Shown one piece after another: positions 57,307 through 64,000 of a stretch of 64,000 bases of DNA. Position numbers and translations under genes: made by a program. The first letter of the stretch is position 1, and every line of letters begins with the position of its first letter. The stretch comes from Dictyostelium discoideum (lineage: Eukaryota): positions 1,280,001 to 1,344,000 of the forward strand of contig CM000151.3 of the NCBI GenBank assembly GCA_000004695.1, given 5' to 3'. The notes below the pieces were generated by a model, which had not been told where the DNA came from, made no database searches, and saw only the letters and a list, made by a program, of their open reading frames with translations.

Positions 57307-58746
57307 GATATTTACACCTTTATAGATTTAAAAATATTGTATCCAAGTTATATATATGTTGATATGTGATTATTGGTACAATTGTTTATATAAAATGATA
57401 TATAATATGTTTTGTTTTCTTTTTTCTTTTTTCTTTTTTTCTTTTTTTCTTTTTTTTTTCTTTTTTTTTTTTCTTTTCTTTTTTTCTTTTTTTTTTTTTC
57501 TATTTTGTTATTTTTTTTAATAATAAAAAAATAATATTATATGAACTAGATTGTTTTGAGATTGATTATAAATACATATATAAATATATATTGCTAATAT
57601 TAATATATATACATATAAAAAAAAATTTTGGTTTATATTAATGAAAAAAAAAAAAAAAAAATTTAAAAAAAATGAAATTTTTTTTATTTTTTTTTTTTTT
57701 TTAAATTTTTTTTTTTTTTTTATTTTTTTTAAAAAATAAAGGATGGGTTGGAAATGATTTGACATCCACAATTGGTTTTTTTTTATTAATAAAATTTTTT
57801 TTTTTTTTTTTAAAATAAAAAAAAAATTAACAATTTCCTTTTTAGAATATTTTAATTAATACTGAAATATTTGCGATTTAATTATTTAGTTATTAGGTGT
57901 ATACAGGCAAAGCGAATAAATTTATAGAAAAAATCTTGGTTTTAGTGTCAGGCTGAAAAAAAATAAAATAAAATGAAATAAAATAAAATGAAATAAAATA
58001 AAATAAGTGAAAAAAAAAAATCAAAATAAAATAAAATAAATAACATAAACTAAAATAAAAATAAAAATGATTAACCAAAAAAAAAAAACAAAAAAAAAAA
58101 ACAATGTTTAATTTTCCCAAAAGACTTATTTATTTAAGTTTTTTTAATTGTTATAAATAAATTGCATTAGAGGGGGCGCCAAGATTTTTTTTTTTTTTTT
58201 TTCAAATTTATTTTTGTTTTTATTTTTTTTTATAATTTTTTTTTTTTCATCATCATTTTCAAGTAATTTTTTAGGTCTTGCTTATTTTAAAAAGACGAAA
58301 CATTCAGAGTTTTTGTTAAACAAACAATTTTAAAATATTTTGTTTTTTTTTTTTTTTTTTTTTTTTTGATACTAAAACTTTTTTTTTTCAGTTTATTTTT
58401 TATTTTTTTATTTTTATTTTTATTTTTTTTTTTTTATAACTTCTTTTTTATTCAACCACTTTTTTTTTTTATCATTATTATTTTTTAATAAATAATATTA
58501 TTTATTTTAATTAAAATCATTAAAGTAAATGAAAGTGTGTTGGTTTAAGCATATTTATACATATTAAGTTAAAAGCGTGCAAATACAAACCAAACACAAA
58601 CACAAACACAAATATTCACATAAACACTAATACACAAAAATAAATAATAGAAAATAAATAGAAAAATAGTTTTTTGGAAAATAAATAATAGAAAATAAAT
58701 AAAAAAATATTTATACATACATACATACATACAATTCAAATAAATA

Positions 58747-60380
58747 ATGAAGTTTGATACAACTAAATATTATCTACTTTTAGAACTACCAGTTGATTGT
58801 TCACAAGATGATATAAAAAGATCATACCGTGCCTTAGCGTTAAGATATCATCCAGGTAAGTGTCAAGACATATATATATATATATATATATATAGATATT
58901 TAAATAAACCCAGCAGTCGCACCCACACCCACACACAAACTTACACAAACACCATTTTACACAAGGTTTATGATGATTTTTTTTTTTTTTTTTTTTTTAA
59001 TATTATAATACAACTCAAGTAAAGTAGTGGTATTAATAAACACAACTATATATATTGTTGTTTTGTAATTTAAAAATATTTTTTAGATAGAAATCCAGAT
59101 CCAACAGCAGCAGAAGCATTTAAAGAAATAGCAGAAGCATATGAAGTATTATCAGATCCAGAAAGAAGAAAATTGTATGATCAATATGGTGCAGAAGGTT
59201 TGAAGTTCTTTGAGAACGGAGCATTTGGTGAAGACGCAGCATATATTGCAAAGTTGATGGGATCATTGAAATTGATAGCATGTACAGGGTTTTTAATATT
59301 ATTGATAGCGATCCTTTTCCCAATATTCATAGTTGTCAAGACCAAAGGCGCCGTCGATTGGTCATGGGCAAAAGTATTTTCACCAGCATGGATCATCATG
59401 TCATTGGTTATAGTGTTTACAGCATTTTTGGCAATCCTTTCAAAGAAATTAACATTTTTCATTTGGGCAGCACACAATCTATTCATTATGACATTCATGG
59501 GTTTATTAGTATCGAAATTGGACGCAACCACTTACACAGCTTCATCCATGTTATGGTCAGAGGTTTTCATACCAATCTATGCATTGATTGTAACAAGTAT
59601 CCTACAGAAATATGAAATTTTCTCAAGAGAACACTATGAAAAACGTTTTTCATCACCAGAACATTTAGATACTTGTACAAATTTTGGTTTGGGTCATCCA
59701 GGTTTTATTTTACGTAAATTGTTGAGAGATTTAGTTGCAAGTTGGTTCTTTGTTTTCCTAATGTTAAAATTGGATCATGTAGTTGAATGGAATTGGTGGA
59801 TAAATTCAATTCCTGTCTTTTTTTACATCATTTTCTATTTGGTTTTAATGGCATTAGATAATAGTTCAAAAATGAACAATTTATCAATGGATGAAGATGA
59901 AAGAGCCTCAAATGAAAGTGTTAATAGTTTCTTATATTGTATTTTCATTTTCTTAATGATTCCAGTTATCTTATTTATTTCTTTATTAGCTGCTCATATC
60001 TCTGCTGATAGATTTGCAATTGCTAATGTATTCATTCCAATTTTTATTGTTTTAGGGTAATTATTTTATAATTTTTTTTCAAAATACATTTTAACATAAA
60101 AATATAATACTAATTAATTTATTTTTATTTTTATTATTATTATTATTATCATTATTATTATTATTACAATTATTATAGTCTTTTAACTTGTGCATATTGT
60201 ATTTTTGCATGTTGTGCTTTAGCTGCAGCAAAGGGACAAGGAATGGAAGATTTCCCAGGTGGTTCACCAACTCAAAATATCGCTTCAATCATTAACAGTA
60301 GAATGTTAAGACCACAAAAATTCTTGGAAGCTCAACACTTACCAACAACCAGTACCTCTGTTGGTGTAGAAAATGTTTAA
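58747..60380 (+). CDS. DnaJ (J-domain) protein with a C-terminal multi-pass transmembrane domain; three exons, about 58747..58856, 59087..60056, 60179..60380
   Basis: Exon 1 from ATG 58747 ([36 protein letters not shown]) ends G|GTAAGT. Intron 1 contains (AT)n and (CA)n tracts. Exon 2 completes the J domain ([43 protein letters not shown] motif present) and encodes six to eight hydrophobic helices. Its donor is GG|GTAATT at about 60057 and the acceptor TTATAG at about 60178. Exon 3 encodes one more hydrophobic segment ([19 protein letters not shown]) plus a tail, ending at TAA 60378-60380. Confidence 0.7.
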
Positions 60381-60571
60381 TTTTACCAAAATAAAGAGTA
60401 AAAAGTTCACATATATATAAAATTTTAAAAACTAAAAATAAAAAAAAAAACTAAAAATAAAAATCAAAAAAAAAAAAAAAAGAAATAATTTATTAAAAGA
60501 AAAAAAACAAATAAATATAATTTTGTACAGGTTTTTTTATTTTTTTAATTTTTTTTTTTAAATATATTTAA

Positions 60572-63500
60572 TTATTTTGTTGTTGTAGTTGTTGTAGTTG
60601 TAGTTGTAGTTGTAGTTGATTGAAATGGTTTAGTTTTTTTTAAATTATCTTGAGAATTAAAATCAATTTTTCTTTTAATTTGGAGTGGTGGTTTGTTAAT
60701 AGTTGGTTTTTGTTGTTGTGATTGTTGATTTGAAACTGTTTGCAATTGTTCTAATTTTGAAGGTGATGAAGATGAAATTATATTAATTTTACTATTACTA
60801 ACTTCTTCTAATGGTTTCTTAATAGGTAAATTATGATTAACAGTACTGTTAATACTATTTAATTTTGATTCCAAAGTTCTAATCTTTTTCTCATCGATTT
60901 TATTCTTTTTAATTAATTGTTCATAATTTTCAAAAAGTGTTGTTAATTCATCGTCTTTATCCAAGAGAGATTGTTGAAGTTGTTTGATTATTAGATCTTT
61001 TGAGTCATCTTGTTGAACATTATTGATTTGTTCCAATTGAATAGTTGAGATTTTCTCTTGTAATTGTTGGTTTTCATTGGTTGAATTTTCGAGTTTTTGT
61101 TGTAATTGATCGGATTGTTTTTGGAGATCATTTGATTTCTCAATGGATTCATTGTATTGTTGTTGTTTTTCATCAAATTTAGATTTCAATTGATGAATGG
61201 ATTCGATAGATAATTGTTTTTCATCTTGTAATTTTTGAATCTCCAAAGTGTTTATATTGAATTGTTGTTGTAAATGATTGACTTGTTGTTGTAATGTTGA
61301 AATTTTTTCAATGGATTCTTGATTTTGTAATTGTTGTTCCTCCAAATTTGATTTTAATTGTAAATTTGAATCGGATTGTGATTGTTTATCATCTTGTAAT
61401 TTTTGAATCACCAATATATTTAAATCAAATTCTTGTTTTAATTTATTTAATTCTTGTTTTGATTGTGAAAGTTTTTCAAGTGATTCATCGTATTGTTGTT
61501 GTTTTTCATCAAATTTAGATTTCAATTGATGAGTTGATTGAATTGAAGATTGTTTTTCATCTTGATGTTGTTGTTGAATTAATTCTCTTTCTTTTAAATA
61601 ATTTTCAGTTTGTTGAGAATGTAAATGTTCAAGTTGGGAAATTGATTGTTCCAATTGTTTAATTACCAAAGTATCTTTATCATTCTCTTTTCTCAAATGA
61701 GTATTTGATTCCTTTTCAAATTTAATTTCTTGTTCCAATTGATCCAATTTACATTGTAAGTTAGAGTTTTCATTAGTTTTTTCTTGTAAATTTTGAGTTA
61801 CTTCTTTAAATTCTTGAATCATTTCATCGAGTTTCGATTTAATATCATCAGATTTTGATTGATTTTCAAATGAATTTTGTTTTTCAAGTTCAACATTTTC
61901 CTTTAATTGAGTGATCATATCATTTTGAAGTTTATTTCTTTCCAATTCATTGGATAAATCCAAGAGTAATTGTTGATTCTTTGATTTTAACTCTGTTACA
62001 TGGTTTGATAATTGATCGATTGAACTATCAGAATTCTTTTTATTTGAATTAAATAATTGAATATCTTGTTTTAATGTTGAGATTTCATCTTGTTTTTCAA
62101 AGAGTTGTTGTTTTAATCTATCAAATTCCAATTGTAATTGATTCTTTTCATCTATTAATTCTTGATAATTTGATTGAGAATCATTGATTTCCATTTGATA
62201 ATCATTGATTTTCTTATTTAATTCCAATAAGGTTGAATTCAATGTAGAGACACCATCTTGTTTATCAGAGAGTACCTGTTTCAATTGATCTAATTCCAAT
62301 TGTAATTGATTCTTTTCATTTTGAATCACTTTAATATTGTTATCATATTCTTTAATATCTGATTGATAATTGGATATTTTTCTATTCAATTCAAATTCAA
62401 TTGAATTTAATAAAGTGATATCATCATGTTGTTCAGAGATTCTTTGTTTCAATTGATCCAATTCCAATTGTAATTGATTCTTTTCATTTTGTAAACTTTG
62501 AACATTTTCATTTGATTCAGTGATTTGTGATTGATAATCAGTGATGGTTGAATTCAATTGTAAGAGGTTATCATTCAATTTAGAGGTTTCATCTTGAAGA
62601 TCATTACACTTGACTAATGATTCTTTTATTGATTGATTACGTTGTGAAATTGTTTCTTCAAGTTTAATAATTTCATCTTTATCAATTTGTAAATCAATTT
62701 GTAATTGTTGTATCTTATAATCACTAGTTGAAAGATCCTGTTGTAATTGTTGAATTTTATGATTGTTTTTATCGATTTCCATCTCTTGTAATTGGATACA
62801 AGATTGTTTTTCATCTATCAACATTTTAGATTGTTCAATTTGTTCTTGTAAATCTTGATTATATTGTGAGCTTAATGATTGAATTTTCAATTCAAACTCT
62901 GTTAATTGATTTTGATTTTCTTCAATTTTTAATTCAAGTTTTGAAATGATTTCATTGGATTCATTTAGTTGACATTGTAATTGTGATTTCAAATCAGAGG
63001 TTTCATTTAGGGAATCTTGTAAGAGTGAAATTTGATTTTGAGAATTTTGAAGATCCAATGAATTTGAGGATTGTAATTGTTGAATTTGTTCCAATTGATC
63101 ATTGGATTGATCATTCAATTTGGATAATTTTAAAGAGAGAGATTGGCAAGTCTCTTGATATTGTTGTTTTTCATTTGATAATTCCTTGATTTCCAATTGT
63201 AATTCAATTACAGTCTTTTCAAATTGTGAAATTGAAAGTTTACATTCTTGAACCAATTCTTTACTTTCAGATAATTGTTGTTTCAATTGTTCTATTTGAT
63301 TATTGTAAAAGTTTAAATCATCAGATTGATTTTGATTGATTTGTTTGGAATTTTCTAAATCCATTTTCAAAGTTTGACATTTATATCTCTCTTCATCCAA
63401 TAGAATTGTGAGTTCACCTTGATGATTGGATTGTTCCTCATTGACTCGTTTAACTTGTTCGATTGATTTCTCTAATTGAGTTGTATATAGTTTTGATTCA

Positions 63501-64000
63501 TTAAATAAATTTATGGATTGTTGTAAATCTTGTTTCAAATTAAAGAGTTGATTTTGTTCAACTTGATAACGTTGATTTAATTCATCGAAATTTGATTTAC
63601 CAAGATTAATCTTGTCAAACAGTTGATCAATATCAATTGAATTTTTTTGTAATTGTTCTTGTTGTCTATTGAGATCATCTTGTTTCAATTGTAATTCACT
63701 AGTTAGTTGATCAATTGATTCCAGGGATTGATTATATTGGTCATCCTTTTCTGAAAGTTTTTTATTTAATTCAATCACTTGTAATGATAAAGAATGAATA
63801 GATTGTTGTTTTTTAATCGATTCATCATTTAATTGAACAAGTTTTTCATTTAATGAATTAATATCAACTGATTGATTATCTATTGTAGTTAAATGTTGAT
63901 TAATTGTTAATTGATTTTGTTGAATGGTTTGTTTCAATTGTTGAGTTTTTACTTGAAATTCTTGAATTGTTCTCTCTTTATTTGATAGTTCTTGGTCTTT
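60572..64000 (-). CDS. long coiled-coil protein (more than 1140 aa); its N-terminus lies beyond the window end
   Basis: One open frame runs from stop 60572-60574 up to 64000 with no stop. The ORF-track M at 63937 is internal, and upstream codons continue ...KDQELSNKERTIQEFQVKTQQLKQTIQQNQL. The sequence is heptad-rich with near-identical about 45-aa repeats (VQSLQNEKNQLQLELDQLKQRISEQHDD.., VIQNEKNQLQLELDQLKQVLSDKQDG.., LIDEKNQLQLEFDRLKQQLFEKQDE..) and (HQLKSKFDEKQQQYDES/NESIEK..). The C-terminal end is basic and Pro/Thr-rich (KPPLQIKRKIDF...[14 protein letters not shown]). Confidence 0.7.
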   Translation of the reverse strand, partial: KDQELSNKERTIQEFQVKTQQLKQTIQQNQLTINQHLTTIDNQSVDINSLNEKLVQLNDESIKKQQSIHSLSLQVIELNKKLSEKDDQYNQSLESIDQLTSELQLKQDDLNRQQEQLQKNSIDIDQLFDKINLGKSNFDELNQRYQVEQNQLFNLKQDLQQSINLFNESKLYTTQLEKSIEQVKRVNEEQSNHQGELTILLDEERYKCQTLKMDLENSKQINQNQSDDLNFYNNQIEQLKQQLSESKELVQECKLSISQFEKTVIELQLEIKELSNEKQQYQETCQSLSLKLSKLNDQSNDQLEQIQQLQSSNSLDLQNSQNQISLLQDSLNETSDLKSQLQCQLNESNEIISKLELKIEENQNQLTEFELKIQSLSSQYNQDLQEQIEQSKMLIDEKQSCIQLQEMEIDKNNHKIQQLQQDLSTSDYKIQQLQIDLQIDKDEIIKLEETISQRNQSIKESLVKCNDLQDETSKLNDNLLQLNSTITDYQSQITESNENVQSLQNEKNQLQLELDQLKQRISEQHDDITLLNSIEFELNRKISNYQSDIKEYDNNIKVIQNEKNQLQLELDQLKQVLSDKQDGVSTLNSTLLELNKKINDYQMEINDSQSNYQELIDEKNQLQLEFDRLKQQLFEKQDEISTLKQDIQLFNSNKKNSDSSIDQLSNHVTELKSKNQQLLLDLSNELERNKLQNDMITQLKENVELEKQNSFENQSKSDDIKSKLDEMIQEFKEVTQNLQEKTNENSNLQCKLDQLEQEIKFEKESNTHLRKENDKDTLVIKQLEQSISQLEHLHSQQTENYLKERELIQQQHQDEKQSSIQSTHQLKSKFDEKQQQYDESLEKLSQSKQELNKLKQEFDLNILVIQKLQDDKQSQSDSNLQLKSNLEEQQLQNQESIEKISTLQQQVNHLQQQFNINTLEIQKLQDEKQLSIESIHQLKSKFDEKQQQYNESIEKSNDLQKQSDQLQQKLENSTNENQQLQEKISTIQLEQINNVQQDDSKDLIIKQLQQSLLDKDDELTTLFENYEQLIKKNKIDEKKIRTLESKLNSINSTVNHNLPIKKPLEEVSNSKINIISSSSPSKLEQLQTVSNQQSQQQKPTINKPPLQIKRKIDFNSQDNLKKTKPFQSTTTTTTTTTTTTTK

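Overview
The window looks like nuclear DNA from a dictyostelid social amoeba, most like Dictyostelium discoideum. It is about 78% AT, intergenic regions and introns are almost pure A/T homopolymer and (AAT)n tracts, and coding regions encode poly-Asn, poly-Gln and poly-Thr runs. Introns are short, AT-rich, and begin GTAAGT or GTATGT and end AG.

I found no tRNA, rRNA, CRISPR or prokaryotic-style elements.

Positions 1 to 20,000 hold a compact run of conserved single-copy genes. In order these are: importin-alpha (partial at the window edge), an RRM protein, the SmB core snRNP protein, an amidinotransferase-fold enzyme, SBDS, NudE/NDEL1, a C2-domain protein with a poly-Gln and PQQY-repeat domain, a small LYR-motif protein, a small protein with an SRP54 M-domain-like motif, TAF9, TFIIH p44, and a small membrane protein.

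Positions 20,400 to 46,500 are the most interesting part. Five tandem, same-strand copies of a roughly 4-kb, five-exon gene encode a large single-pass transmembrane, receptor-like protein: signal peptide, plant-type LRR-like region, a variable number (3 to 9) of 41-aa EGF-like Cys modules, an IPT/TIG-like domain, a further EGF-like module, a conserved C-terminal domain, a TM helix and a short tail.

- Copy 1 carries a frameshifting indel.
- Copy 2 has its promoter and signal-peptide exon half inverted by a 450-bp head-to-head inverted duplication.
- Copies 3, 4 and 5 look intact.
- An RNase T2 gene sits between copies 2 and 3.
- The 3' end of the array converges on a 1683-aa gene with a signal peptide, an Asn-rich beta-helix-like ectodomain, a Cys-rich stalk and a 7 to 8 helix TM region.
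- A roughly 300-bp pseudogene fragment of that gene's 3' end lies after copy 3, so the ancestral duplicated unit contained both genes.
- This resembles a fast-evolving adhesion or recognition locus.

The rest of the window holds a RING/TRAF/MATH protein, GSK-3 (gskA), a J-domain protein with a multi-pass TM domain, and a long coiled-coil protein that runs off the window end.

All exon boundaries were read by eye and are good to about 3 nt. The ORF track uses non-ATG starts in places, for example TTG at 7532, 25867 and 52799.
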